Source: a virus
Length of the DNA: 64,000 nt
Virus record (IMG/VR): IMGVR_UViG_3300042908_001045
Span: 22,306-86,305 of that record
Strand: one strand, 5' to 3'
Under the pieces are notes generated by a model. The model made no database searches and was not told the DNA's origin. It saw nothing but the letters and a program-made list of their open reading frames with translations. The position numbers were made by a program, and so were the translations under genes. Of the stretch, positions 1 through 9,199 are shown piece by piece. Numbering within the stretch: the stretch's first letter is position 1; every line of letters starts with the position of its first letter.

Positions 1-2
1 CT

Positions 3-182
3 AGATTGCCTTTTGAGCCTATTAGCAAGGACAAATACTTGCAGTTAGTAAAAGAGGTAAATCAAAGAAAAACTAATGACGATTTCTTAAATGCTTTACA
101 CAAGTATGATAATGGATTTGATGACCAATCAGGACCTGCTCCATGTGATTCAGATAAATGTCTTTTACCGGAGTCAAAGTGA
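3..182 (+). CDS. nrdJ: Class II (B12-dependent) ribonucleotide reductase, C-terminal 59 aa (gene begins before the window)
   Basis: Frame 3 translated by hand: RLPFEPISKDKYLQLVKEV...GPAPCDSDKCLLPESK*. RLPFEPI and the C-terminal CDSDKC redox pair match cyanobacterial monomeric NrdJ. Not in the ORF track. Confidence 0.85.
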   Translation, partial: RLPFEPISKDKYLQLVKEVNQRKTNDDFLNALHKYDNGFDDQSGPAPCDSDKCLLPESK

Positions 183-724
183 AAAATAACAGCAGACAAT
201 TAGCAGCTTTGGCGGCTCATAATGGAGACCACAAAACTGCTATTAAACATTATTCCGAAGCACTTGTTATTGAGAAAAGTGCTTCTTTATTCCGTCAAAG
301 AGCAAAGTCTTATATTGCTTTAAAGAAGTTAGATAATGCAATCAAAGATTATACTTCAGCTATTAACATTGAAGTAGATAATTCAGAATGCTATTGTGAA
401 AGAGCGGAGGCTTTTATTAAAAAAACTGATTACAAAGCTGGGTTAGCTGATTGCAACGACGCTTTGGAGGTCAATCCTAGTTCTCCAACCGCTTTGCTTC
501 TTAAAGGAATAATATTAGCTAAACTAGGTGATATCAATGCTGGCATAAACTCCATTAACAGTTGCTTAAAAATTAACAAATGGTATGCCAGAGCGTATTA
601 CGAAAGAGCAATATTAATGGAATCAATTGACAAAGAAAAAGCTAAACTTGATTACTACCAGGCAGCGCATATAGGATATCTAGATGCCCTTGAAAAGTAT
701 CGAAAATTAGCAAAAATTACGTAA
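179..724 (+). CDS. Tetratricopeptide repeat protein
   Basis: Several TPR units (AIKHYSEAL, AIKDYTSAI, AYYERA). Start probably GTG at 179 overlapping the nrdJ stop (GTGA); the track starts at 158. Confidence 0.85.
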   Translation: MKNNSRQLAALAAHNGDHKTAIKHYSEALVIEKSASLFRQRAKSYIALKKLDNAIKDYTSAINIEVDNSECYCERAEAFIKKTDYKAGLADCNDALEVNPSSPTALLLKGIILAKLGDINAGINSINSCLKINKWYARAYYERAILMESIDKEKAKLDYYQAAHIGYLDALEKYRKLAKIT

Positions 725-787
725 CTTTATTTATGTTGTCTTTTAAAATTATAATAAAATAAAATTATGATATTAAGAGACAACAAA

Positions 788-1465
788 ATGAATGTATTAA
801 TAGTAGACACAGAGACTACAGGGCTAGAAGAGTCTAGTCTTGTTATAGAGGTAGCAGCTATTTTATATAGCGTTAAGACTAAGTCTATACTTAGTCAAGT
901 CAGTTCTTTGATAAATTGGGAGAACGCTGATAATCCAGCAAAAGGGATTAACAAAATTAGCACAGAAATGCTTAGAGAAGGTGCTGCTCAAGAATTGGCT
1001 TTAGAAATGATTTATCAAATGTCTCAAAACGTACAGTATATCTTAGGGCATAATATTGAATTTGATAAAAAACAACTGCATAAAATCATTGGTACTGGAT
1101 TTGGGAAAAACAACACTTGGGTAGATACTCAAGATATTACTTATCCTAATTCTGAGTATTGCAAATCCACTGCATTGGCTAATTTAGCTTATGCTCATAG
1201 TATTCCAGTTATTGATTGTCATAGAGCGCTAGATGACTGCCGGACTCTAGTTAGATTACTCACTGTAGTACCAGAATTAGAAGCAGAAATCATTAAAGCA
1301 GCACGCCCTAAGTTTCTTTACCGTAGTTTAGAGCCAAAGCCAGGCACATTAAGCAAGCAAGCTGGATTTAGATGGAATACTTTAATTCAAAACGCTTGGG
1401 CTAAGAAAATGTCAGCAGAAGATGCTACTAAACTGCCATTTGAAACAGTTTTAATACAAGAATGA
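788..1465 (+). CDS. DEDDh 3'-5' exonuclease (DnaQ/epsilon-like)
   Basis: ExoI VDTETTG, ExoII GHNIEFD, ExoIII HRALDDC. Alternative start at 767. Confidence 0.9.
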   Translation: MNVLIVDTETTGLEESSLVIEVAAILYSVKTKSILSQVSSLINWENADNPAKGINKISTEMLREGAAQELALEMIYQMSQNVQYILGHNIEFDKKQLHKIIGTGFGKNNTWVDTQDITYPNSEYCKSTALANLAYAHSIPVIDCHRALDDCRTLVRLLTVVPELEAEIIKAARPKFLYRSLEPKPGTLSKQAGFRWNTLIQNAWAKKMSAEDATKLPFETVLIQE

Positions 1466-1489
1466 AAACAAATAATTTTCAGAAATCAC

Positions 1490-1518
1490 TTGACACGCTA
1501 TTGTCAATGGATTATACT
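1490..1518 (+). promoter_or_regulatory. Sigma70-type promoter
   Basis: TTGACA-17 nt-TATACT upstream of ORF 1544; overlaps a TTGACA-N6-TGTCAA palindrome. Confidence 0.7.
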
Positions 1519-1543
1519 GAATTTGTACTTTTAAGGTAAGAAA

Positions 1544-1765
1544 GTGTACTATTTTGCAAAAGTAGAAAGAATCAAAGGCAAATGCCATTTAACTGACTCT
1601 AACTACAGTATCAGTCAAGATGCTGCGTTAGCGGTGTTGAGTTTAGGATTAGTTGGAGCTATTCCAGATGCTGTTGTGTTTAGAGAAATACTTGATGCTG
1701 ACACCATCAAGTATCGTGTAGAGGCTCCTCAAGAAGAATGGGATAAATGGAGGGAAGATAAATGA
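1544..1765 (+). CDS. Hypothetical protein (similar to the N-terminus of 3002..3556)
   Basis: First ORF of an overlapping run after the promoter; GTG start with an upstream purine-rich RBS. Confidence 0.6.
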   Translation: MYYFAKVERIKGKCHLTDSNYSISQDAALAVLSLGLVGAIPDAVVFREILDADTIKYRVEAPQEEWDKWREDK

Positions 1766-2187
1766 ATTACGTTGTTAATTATGATGATCCATACCTTAAA
1801 AATTGGCTAAATGCTAATCCTGATGTGTGGGAACAATTCATAAAGAAACACAAAAATGGAAAGTTTTTCATAGCGCTCAAAGACAGATTTGATGCGTGTG
1901 TTTTTTATGAAACTAAAGATCATTGGGGAGAATTTATCTATGGAGTCCAACTTCATCCTCCTTTAGAGAAAGAAGAATTTGGTTTTCTAGATATTGAACA
2001 AATAGAAAATCGTTTCCACTGTCATTGCTTAATGCTTATAGGGAAAGCAGCAGATCCTGTTTCCAAAGAGCAACAAAGGCAGGAATACATCTCTTACATA
2101 GAGTTGTACGGAGTTGAAAAACTCGTACAAGTGGTTGGAGAAAGCAAAGCTAAAGAAGTCTTAGGAGATTATGCAATTTATTGCTGA
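1762..2187 (+). CDS. Hypothetical protein with shared WLNANPDVWEQFIK N-terminal module
   Basis: ATGA overlap with the upstream ORF; N-terminus nearly identical to 2171..2431. Confidence 0.7.
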   Translation: MNYVVNYDDPYLKNWLNANPDVWEQFIKKHKNGKFFIALKDRFDACVFYETKDHWGEFIYGVQLHPPLEKEEFGFLDIEQIENRFHCHCLMLIGKAADPVSKEQQRQEYISYIELYGVEKLVQVVGESKAKEVLGDYAIYC

Positions 2188-2431
2188 CGATGAAAAAATT
2201 CAGGATTGGCTAAACGCTAATCCTGACGTGTGGGAACAATTTATTAAAGAACATCCAGAATATTCTTACACGACTTTTGATAAAGCTATTTTCTTTACAG
2301 AAGAAATGCCAGAAAATAGCGATTATTCAATAGCAACGTTTGTCAAATTTGAGCCAAGAGTCAAATCATCTGATGCATGGTTCTTGTCTGATTGTTTCTT
2401 AGATTTTTGTAAAAGGAGGTGGAATGTTTAA
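2171..2431 (+). CDS. Hypothetical protein with shared WLNANPDVWEQFIK N-terminal module
   Basis: AGGAG RBS; paralogous N-terminus with 1762..2187. Confidence 0.7.
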   Translation: MQFIADDEKIQDWLNANPDVWEQFIKEHPEYSYTTFDKAIFFTEEMPENSDYSIATFVKFEPRVKSSDAWFLSDCFLDFCKRRWNV

Positions 2432-3023
2432 AGTAGATTGTTTTGGGACTGAATTAGTCGTTGATATTCTTATGGAAAAGAATCAAATGGCAATATTAAA
2501 TCTTTCTCCATTAGAAGATTATATCTGGGCAAAAATATTTTACGAATTTGGATGGAATGTGCCAGATCCATCCAATATAGCAAAGTCTTGTTTTGCTTTT
2601 TCAATGGATAAAAAAGAAAAAAGTCATGTACTCTTTTTGGAGTACAAAGAGAATTGCCTCAAACATGTTTACAATCAACTACAAAGCAAAATGAAACTCT
2701 ATCTAGAGGACAATCCAAATGAGTTTAGATGGGATTTGCCATACGTCAAAGGAACGTATGACTACCATTATTTTAGATTGCTAGAAACTCCAGTTAGCAT
2801 GTATGTTGATGTAAATTACTACAGAGGCTGGGAAACTCAAATATGGTATGAGCTGTTAACCAAAAACAGTAATAAAACAAAAGAACAATTTTTCAAAGAG
2901 GAAAAAGAAAAACTAAAACAGTTTTTTTATAAACTTGCTTCAGACAGGCTAAATATTGACTTGTCTAAATACACATATATTGACAACACAAACACTTTGG
3001 TATGGACATTATGTACGCAGTAA
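2424..3023 (+). CDS. Hypothetical protein
   Basis: 199-aa ORF with AGGAGG RBS, coupled to its neighbours. Confidence 0.7.
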   Translation: MFKVDCFGTELVVDILMEKNQMAILNLSPLEDYIWAKIFYEFGWNVPDPSNIAKSCFAFSMDKKEKSHVLFLEYKENCLKHVYNQLQSKMKLYLEDNPNEFRWDLPYVKGTYDYHYFRLLETPVSMYVDVNYYRGWETQIWYELLTKNSNKTKEQFFKEEKEKLKQFFYKLASDRLNIDLSKYTYIDNTNTLVWTLCTQ

Positions 3024-3556
3024 TTGATGAAAATAAACAGCTTAAAGAAGCTAGTCCTGGTATTACCAGAGATTTAGCTATGGTTGCTTTAGCTTTGGCA
3101 AAAGCAGGTAAACTCCCAAACGTTTCTTTTAAGAAGCAAAAAAATTTATATTTTATCGAGGCATCTGAAGCTTCGTGGGAAAAAGCAAACCGCAGGCTTA
3201 AACGATTTGATGATTTGACAATTTACTCAATTAAATACCCAGCTTACTTGCTGGGTTTTGCTTTAATTATGCAAAAATATGTTGAAATAACAGCTAATGG
3301 TGAGATAGTAAATGGCACGCTTAAATTAAATGAAATAGCTGCTAAAACACTACTAGAATTAATCAAAAACGAAGGCAACTCCAACTTACACACAGAGTAT
3401 GGAGTATTTTCTATATTTCAAACAGCTTTTATTAGACAAGACATCTTGTATACGGAAAACAATAAAATTTGTATGCATGATGCAGTACTAAGCTATTTTG
3501 TTTTAGCCAATGATAAAACATGGGACAATCTATTAGCAACAGGTGAAAATATATGA
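3002..3556 (+). CDS. Hypothetical protein
   Basis: 184-aa ORF in the same run; start could be 3011. Confidence 0.65.
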   Translation: MDIMYAVIDENKQLKEASPGITRDLAMVALALAKAGKLPNVSFKKQKNLYFIEASEASWEKANRRLKRFDDLTIYSIKYPAYLLGFALIMQKYVEITANGEIVNGTLKLNEIAAKTLLELIKNEGNSNLHTEYGVFSIFQTAFIRQDILYTENNKICMHDAVLSYFVLANDKTWDNLLATGENI

Positions 3557-3689
3557 CCGCACAAGAATACTACCAATTAGGACAAATAATCTCTAAACGT
3601 ATAATTGGTAGAAATGGCTAGAAGTTAGCAGACAAGCAAGCAGCTGTTAGAGCCTTTGGGTCCAGTATCTTGTTAGATTTAAATTTGCT

Positions 3690-3713
3690 GTTGCCTATTC
3701 AGCAATAGGCAAC
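3690..3713. terminator. Hairpin between convergent units (possible terminator)
   Basis: GTTGCCTATT-cagc-AATAGGCAAC, a perfect 10-bp stem without a strong U-tract. Confidence 0.45.
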
Positions 3714-3745
3714 GTCTACTACCCAACCGGAGATTTTATACTAGC

Positions 3746-4651
3746 CTAAGTATTAAGTCTCCATAAAAGGGACGCAAAAGACGAAATTTCAGTCACAGTC
3801 AAACTACCATTCATGTTCTGTTCAGCATATACTTGATTAGGCAATAATAAGTTATTCATTTCCAGAATTGGTTTTAGTTTAGTAGTGACCGTCTTTTCTA
3901 TTTCTTTTATCCAAGTTTGAAATGCTCTGGCTTCTTTGCCTCTGATAATTCCATAGTTTTGCACTATAGTTCCTAAAAATTTCAACTTAAACCCTGGAAA
4001 TGGATAAGCAGCTTCTTTTAGAATAGGATTTTTGCTTGCTTTCTTTGCCCAATCACACCATTTTGGTAATATTCTAGCTAAAGAATCTATGGCCATTACT
4101 GAAAAGAAATCAGCAGTTGTAGGTACTAAGAAAAAATCACTAATCATTAATAAATTTTGATTGATTGCTCCTAAACTGGGACTCATATCAATTAAAATGT
4201 AGTCAGCATTAAATTTATTAGCTGTCTTTTCTAAAAGATCAGAAATCGCACCTGGTAAATTTTTTAGTGCATGAATTGAACCACTCAGTTCTTGTGCAAT
4301 ACCTAACGTTACTTCATATTCAGCAAAACCAACATGTCCAGGTAATAAAAACAGTCCTTCTTGTCCTTCTATGGGAATACAATCTACTGCTTGAATAGCT
4401 CTTGGCTGAGATTCAAAAGCAGGAGCTAAGCCAGTTTTAATATTAGAAGAATTTTGATAAATGCTTTCTATTCTGGCTTCATCTTCTTCTGTTTCTTCTT
4501 TTAATGCCATGCCTGTAAGATTACACTGAGGATCAGCATCTACCAAAATTACTCTTTTCCCTTTTTCAGCAAGCATCCAACCTAAGTTGAATGTAGTAGT
4601 GGTTTTGCCCACACCACCTTTATGATTAAATAAGGCAATTTTTTGAACCAT
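3746..4651 (-). CDS. parA: ParA/AAA_31-family ATPase, probably C-terminally truncated
   Basis: Deviant Walker A NHKGGVGKTT, VDADPQCNLT, IDMSPSLG. The last codons lie inside a 32-bp repeat. No parB adjacent. Confidence 0.85.
   Translation of the reverse strand: MVQKIALFNHKGGVGKTTTTFNLGWMLAEKGKRVILVDADPQCNLTGMALKEETEEDEARIESIYQNSSNIKTGLAPAFESQPRAIQAVDCIPIEGQEGLFLLPGHVGFAEYEVTLGIAQELSGSIHALKNLPGAISDLLEKTANKFNADYILIDMSPSLGAINQNLLMISDFFLVPTTADFFSVMAIDSLARILPKWCDWAKKASKNPILKEAAYPFPGFKLKFLGTIVQNYGIIRGKEARAFQTWIKEIEKTVTTKLKPILEMNNLLLPNQVYAEQNMNGSLTVTEISSFASLLWRLNT
3749..3780 (+). repeat. 32-bp direct repeat, copy 1
   Basis: AGTATTAAGTCTCCATAAAAGGGACGCAAAAG; 30/32 identical to 4873..4904. Confidence 0.9.
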
Positions 4652-4872
4652 TGTTACGCACCATTTTAATTTTAATGATCAAACTTATTGATTAATCATT
4701 TGTATGAATTATACCATATTTTCCCAGAAATGTTGAATGTCGTTACGCAAGTTTGCATATTCAGTTATAGTAGTCCTATTAAGAGTGAAAATGTTAACAT
4801 CTCATGATATTTGGATATAGATTCCGCAACTTTAGTAATTTTAGATTACGTAGTTTATTAAATTGGCACTTC

Positions 4873-4904
4873 AGTATTAATTCTCCATAAAAAGGACGCA
4901 AAAG
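4873..4904 (+). repeat. 32-bp direct repeat, copy 2
   Basis: AGTATTAATTCTCCATAAAAAGGACGCAAAAG; with copy 1 it brackets parA and its upstream region. Confidence 0.9.
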
Positions 4905-5177
4905 CCAATTATCGCAAAGCTGTTAAATTAAAGCCAAATAGCCTAGTTAACCGTGCTGTTTTATTCAATTTACTCAAAAAACAAGGAAGAATTAATGAAG
5001 TAAGCGGTTTAATTTGATTAATAACATAACTAGTGGGTAAAAGCATTTAACTGTATAATTAAATGCTTTTTATCACGGAAGGTGGTAAAAAATTTCTAAA
5101 AAAAAATAACAAAACCAGATCTTTCCGCTACTGGCTCTGTTATGATAGATTTATTATTCATCATGGATCTATTATAA

Positions 5178-6389
5178 ATGAGTTTTGTTTTTCCGGGGAG
5201 AGTAATCGCATATTCTCCAGAGGTATCAAAAAAACTAGGGTCTGTCACCGCTGCCATCCTAGTAGGACAATTAGAGTTTTGGTTCAGCAAATATAAGACA
5301 TTTTGGAAGTTCTTAGAACCAAACAACTCTGAGAATTATAGAGAAGGCGACTCTTGGACAGAAGAACTAGCGTTTTCCAAAGCAGAGTTCAAGACTGCTT
5401 TTAACAAAGTAGGGATAAAGTACGCCTCCCAAAAAGAGTATGAAGATGCAGAGAATAAGTTCGTCAAGGACGGTAAAGAATATCTTTACTGTTCTTATAC
5501 GAATAAGATGACGCATATTACCTGGTATGAGCGCAACGATGCCAAGGTAGAGAAATTTTGGATAGACACATTTTTTGTGGATAGAAGCACTCTTAAAGAA
5601 CGTCCGTTTCCATCTAATGAACTACAAGATAAGAAAGGCACAAGACCGCTGACACCCGTACTTGGTATTAGACGAGATTTACCACAATCACAATCTTACT
5701 TTCCCGAAAGCAAGAAAGTTGATCTCGATTCATATACAGATATCAATGCAAAGAAAAAAAATAAATATGTCAAGAAAGATGTTGTGGACAAGACTCAGAA
5801 TAAGTCTGAGGAGAAGCCAGAAGTCCAAGAAGTAAAAAGTCTTTCTTTAGTAAAAACTCAAGAAGATAAGAATGTTGAAAGATTATCCGTTGATCAATAT
5901 AAACAAGTGCCGCCCGCGCCCGCGTCTTGTCAAGGCAAGGATGGTCTTGGATTAAGCAATGATTATTATACGCGTCCAACACATCATATAAAAAAGACAT
6001 CTATGAGCATTGCAACAGATGCTTGGATGGCTGAAAGCAAGCAAAATGTTAAAGCTTCGTTTGCTGAATGGGTGTATAATGAGCGGCGAAAAAGCAATTC
6101 TAATACTAATTTGGTTGATATTGTTGCTGAGATTAAAAACAATGCCGACGGCGCTGCTATTTGGTGGAAACAGTATCTTAAATACCAAGAAGAACAAGCC
6201 AAGCTAGAACAGCTGCAACAAGAGAAGTTAAAAGAGAAGGCATTGGCTGAAGCCAAAGAAAAGCAAGCGCAATGGGAGATAGAACAAGAAGCTGAATCTT
6301 ATGGCATGACTACTCAAGAGTACATTCTCTATAAGAACAGAAAAGCTAAAGAGGACTTAAAAGCTAAATTCAATGAGTGGGGTTCCTAA
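5178..6389 (+). CDS. Putative phage replication initiator (replisome organiser)
   Basis: N-terminal wHTH-like segment (LGSVTAAILVGQLEFW...DSWTEELAFS), low-complexity linker, located directly upstream of dnaB. Confidence 0.6.
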   Translation: MSFVFPGRVIAYSPEVSKKLGSVTAAILVGQLEFWFSKYKTFWKFLEPNNSENYREGDSWTEELAFSKAEFKTAFNKVGIKYASQKEYEDAENKFVKDGKEYLYCSYTNKMTHITWYERNDAKVEKFWIDTFFVDRSTLKERPFPSNELQDKKGTRPLTPVLGIRRDLPQSQSYFPESKKVDLDSYTDINAKKKNKYVKKDVVDKTQNKSEEKPEVQEVKSLSLVKTQEDKNVERLSVDQYKQVPPAPASCQGKDGLGLSNDYYTRPTHHIKKTSMSIATDAWMAESKQNVKASFAEWVYNERRKSNSNTNLVDIVAEIKNNADGAAIWWKQYLKYQEEQAKLEQLQQEKLKEKALAEAKEKQAQWEIEQEAESYGMTTQEYILYKNRKAKEDLKAKFNEWGS

Positions 6390-6394
6390 TTTTA

Positions 6395-6423
6395 TTGACA
6401 GTGTGTTTTTATTGTGTTAGATT
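6395..6423 (+). promoter_or_regulatory. Sigma70-type promoter
   Basis: TTGACA-17 nt-TAGATT upstream of dnaB. Confidence 0.55.
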
Positions 6424-6451
6424 GCTGGTGGTGTTTACTTAGTAGTGGTTC

Positions 6452-7756
6452 ATGGATATTACAATAATTGATTCTCCGGAGTCGGAGAGAGAGCTTCTAA
6501 GCTATGTGTTAGTGCATAGTAGTTTGGATATAGTTGAAAAATACGAGATACAGGAAGAAGATTTTTCTGTATTGGATTACAAAAAGCTATTTAAAGTATT
6601 TAAGGCTTTAAATAGTCAAGGCAAGCGCATTGACTTAATGGAAGTCACTAATTTTTTGACTACAAACTCTGTCAAGTTAGTGGCAGAGCCAAAAGCATTG
6701 ATAGCATCTATCCTGGATAGTGCATATTACAATCCAGAGTCAGCAGCATCTATTATTAAAGACAAAACGCTCAGGAGGCGAATTATGTCAGCTGCTGAAT
6801 TTGCAAAAAAGGAGTCTAACAACTTGCTTATTGAGCCACAGGACTTATTGGCATCTATGCAAGAGGAGTTACTAAAAGTCGAAAGGCAAGTTCATGGGGA
6901 CAGATATCAGCTGTTCTCTGCTAATAAGCTGGCTATGTCCGTTTTTGATTATCTTACTTCAGAACATCAGAAATTGCCTAATTTAGGCTGGTATTCACTT
7001 GATAATATACTAGAAGGCATTCGTCCATGTGTGTACCTTGTAGCTGGCGGTACAGGCATGGGGAAAACGTCTTTTATGTTAGCCATGGCAATGCAATTAA
7101 TGAAGCTGCATGGATTGCCTGCATTGTACTTTACTCCTGAGATGACACAGGAGCAGTTTGCAACAAGAGTTTTGTCAAACATCACTGGAATAAATTCTAG
7201 TGATTTGTTGCAGATTGGCAGAAATGAGCAACATCACAAGTGGGATACAATGAGTCAGGGTATTGCTCAATTGGGAGAATTGCCATTGTATGTGAACGAT
7301 AATAGTTCACCGAGCATGGCAATCATTGAGTCAGATATCAGGAAAGTGATAGCTCAGCGTGGTGAGAAGATGGCTGTATTTGTGGATTATTTACAGCAAT
7401 TGCCACCTGTATCTAAAGATGGTGATTCTGCATCTGAGCTAGGACGACGGATGCAACTACTTGATAATATTTCTAAGAAATATCAAGTACCGTTATTCGT
7501 TGGTTGTCAGATTAATCGTAGTAACGCTACTACACAAGACAAACGTCCTGATTTGTTTAGTATTCGTGGTAGTGGAGAGATCGCGGAAAAGGCAGCTGTT
7601 ATTCTAGGATTGTTTCGTTCTGCTTATTATAGTAAAGATCCAGGAGATTATAGCTTTGAAGTTTTAGTGTTAAAAAATCGATGGGGAAGGATGGGCGAGA
7701 CTGCTTATCTTCAATGCGATCTCGGTACATCTACGTTCAAGGACACAACAGTATAA
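6452..7756 (+). CDS. dnaB: Replicative DnaB-like helicase
   Basis: N-terminal ESERELL domain, Walker A AGGTGMGKT, FTPEM, VFVDYLQ, CQINR, RP..IRGSGEI, KNRWG. Confidence 0.92.
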   Translation: MDITIIDSPESERELLSYVLVHSSLDIVEKYEIQEEDFSVLDYKKLFKVFKALNSQGKRIDLMEVTNFLTTNSVKLVAEPKALIASILDSAYYNPESAASIIKDKTLRRRIMSAAEFAKKESNNLLIEPQDLLASMQEELLKVERQVHGDRYQLFSANKLAMSVFDYLTSEHQKLPNLGWYSLDNILEGIRPCVYLVAGGTGMGKTSFMLAMAMQLMKLHGLPALYFTPEMTQEQFATRVLSNITGINSSDLLQIGRNEQHHKWDTMSQGIAQLGELPLYVNDNSSPSMAIIESDIRKVIAQRGEKMAVFVDYLQQLPPVSKDGDSASELGRRMQLLDNISKKYQVPLFVGCQINRSNATTQDKRPDLFSIRGSGEIAEKAAVILGLFRSAYYSKDPGDYSFEVLVLKNRWGRMGETAYLQCDLGTSTFKDTTV

Positions 7757-8133
7757 TGCAACCTATTATGGTGGCTTTCACCCCAAGTTTTGTCAGAAAA
7801 ATTTTACTACGGGAGAAGACGATAGAGCTACGCAAGTTTTCTCCAGTTTCAAACAAGTTAATTATTTTTGAAAAAAGACCAATGATGGCTATTGTAGCCA
7901 AATGCAAAATTAAACAAATAGTTTCTGGAAATGCGGATTATTGGTGTAATTATTCCAATAAACTTTGCATGTCTACAAAAGAAATTAAAGATTACTTAGG
8001 AGAGTCTGATGGCTATGGTTGGTACTTGTCTGATATTCAAAGAACTAAACAAGTACCATTTAACATGTTGGGATTGTCTTGTATTCCAAGTAAATTTATT
8101 TACACTCCTTATGACTGGTTTTACAACTTATAA
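7756..8133 (+). CDS. ASCH/PUA-domain protein
   Basis: ILLREKTIELRK (GxKxxExR-like) motif; ATG at 7756 overlaps the dnaB stop (TAATG). Confidence 0.7.
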   Translation: MQPIMVAFTPSFVRKILLREKTIELRKFSPVSNKLIIFEKRPMMAIVAKCKIKQIVSGNADYWCNYSNKLCMSTKEIKDYLGESDGYGWYLSDIQRTKQVPFNMLGLSCIPSKFIYTPYDWFYNL

Positions 8134-8194
8134 GGAATTGCAAGTTTTTGTAACTTACTTTAGAATATTGTCAAGATATTTATTGAGTTAAGTT

Positions 8195-8446
8195 ATGACT
8201 AACATAGAATCAAGGAAAAAATCTCAAAAAAATTATTACCTAAGAATAAAGGCGGGATATAAAACTATCGCTTGTTCTCTTTGTGGAGCGCGATTAAAAG
8301 TAGATTCCCGCCATTCTCCAATATGCTGGGGCTGTTGGTATAAAACTGAAGAAGGAAGATTGTATCTGAAAGAAAAACAACAAAAAAGCAGAGCTAAGAA
8401 AAAGAAAATAATAGAAATACTGAAAAATTTAGAAAATAAATTCTAA
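8195..8446 (+). CDS. Small basic Zn-finger protein
   Basis: CSLC...CWGC motif; lysine-rich. Confidence 0.55.
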   Translation: MTNIESRKKSQKNYYLRIKAGYKTIACSLCGARLKVDSRHSPICWGCWYKTEEGRLYLKEKQQKSRAKKKKIIEILKNLENKF

Positions 8447-8451
8447 ACCAC

Positions 8452-8480
8452 TTGACAAGATAGTTCTGATAAGTTATATT
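8452..8480 (+). promoter_or_regulatory. Sigma70-type promoter
   Basis: CACTTGACA-17 nt-TATATT upstream of erf. Confidence 0.65.
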
Positions 8481-8509
8481 TGTAGTATTGAACAATACAG
8501 GACAATAGT

Positions 8510-9139
8510 ATGAAAAACGTAATTGCAGCTTTAACAAAAGCTAAACTTCAATTTAAACCACTTAAAAAGAGTGGGTTTAATAAATTCCTGAATTATGAAT
8601 ATTCGACCTTGTCGGATGTTCACGCTGCTGTTGATGTAGGTTTAGCCCAAAATGGGCTTGCTTGTGTTTTTACGTTTGAAGATGAAAAATTGACTTTGAC
8701 TCTTTGGCACGAGTCAGGAGAAAGTTTATCGTCGTCCACTACACTACTTGTCGAAAGGACCAAAGGCAGGGACGGCAAAGAACAATCCTACTGCCACGCG
8801 TGGGGCAGTGTGATTACGTACACGAGAAGATATTTGTTAGAATCTCTTCTAGGCCTTTCGGCTGAGGAAGATGATGATGCGCAAGAATCAGTACTATTAG
8901 ACAAAAAAGAAACTATTAGTGCTAGTGTCAGTAGGTTATCAGATGAGCAAGTCAACAAATTGATGGATGTTGCTCGTCAAAGCAATCTATTGGACTCTAA
9001 TGGAGACATTGGGGATAAAGTAAAAATTGCCATAACGGCAAAAACTGGACTAAAGTCTAAAATTAAATCTTTTGGGGAAATTCCCCCGGAGAAATACGAG
9101 CTAATTATAGCTTGGCTGCCAACTGTTAAGTTAGAATAG
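8510..9139 (+). CDS. erf: ERF-family single-strand annealing protein
   Basis: KSGFNKFLNYEYSTL, LWHESGE, WGSVITYTRRYLL...GLSAEEDDD (ERF signature). Confidence 0.9.
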   Translation: MKNVIAALTKAKLQFKPLKKSGFNKFLNYEYSTLSDVHAAVDVGLAQNGLACVFTFEDEKLTLTLWHESGESLSSSTTLLVERTKGRDGKEQSYCHAWGSVITYTRRYLLESLLGLSAEEDDDAQESVLLDKKETISASVSRLSDEQVNKLMDVARQSNLLDSNGDIGDKVKIAITAKTGLKSKIKSFGEIPPEKYELIIAWLPTVKLE

Positions 9140-9154
9140 AAAATTAGATACTTT

Positions 9155-9190
9155 AAAATACCCCGCATCCAGTTAGGAGCGGGGTATTTT
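9155..9190. terminator. Bidirectional rho-independent terminator
   Basis: AAAATACCCCGC...GCGGGGTATTTT between convergent erf and dnaN. Confidence 0.85.
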
Positions 9191-9199
9191 ATTGATTAG

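Noticed and set aside
3746-4651. ParABS partition system proving a phage-plasmid lifestyle
   Set aside because: No parB or parS array nearby and the gene looks truncated; lifestyle cannot be settled from this window, which also lacks an integrase.
4765-4825. Possible degenerate cyanobacterial MITE/short dispersed repeat upstream of parA
   Set aside because: Only a vague resemblance from memory; the inverted ends are too degraded to support.
5063-6256. Short ORFs overlapping the replication initiator
   Set aside because: Nested or antisense to a 403-aa gene with no recognisable features.
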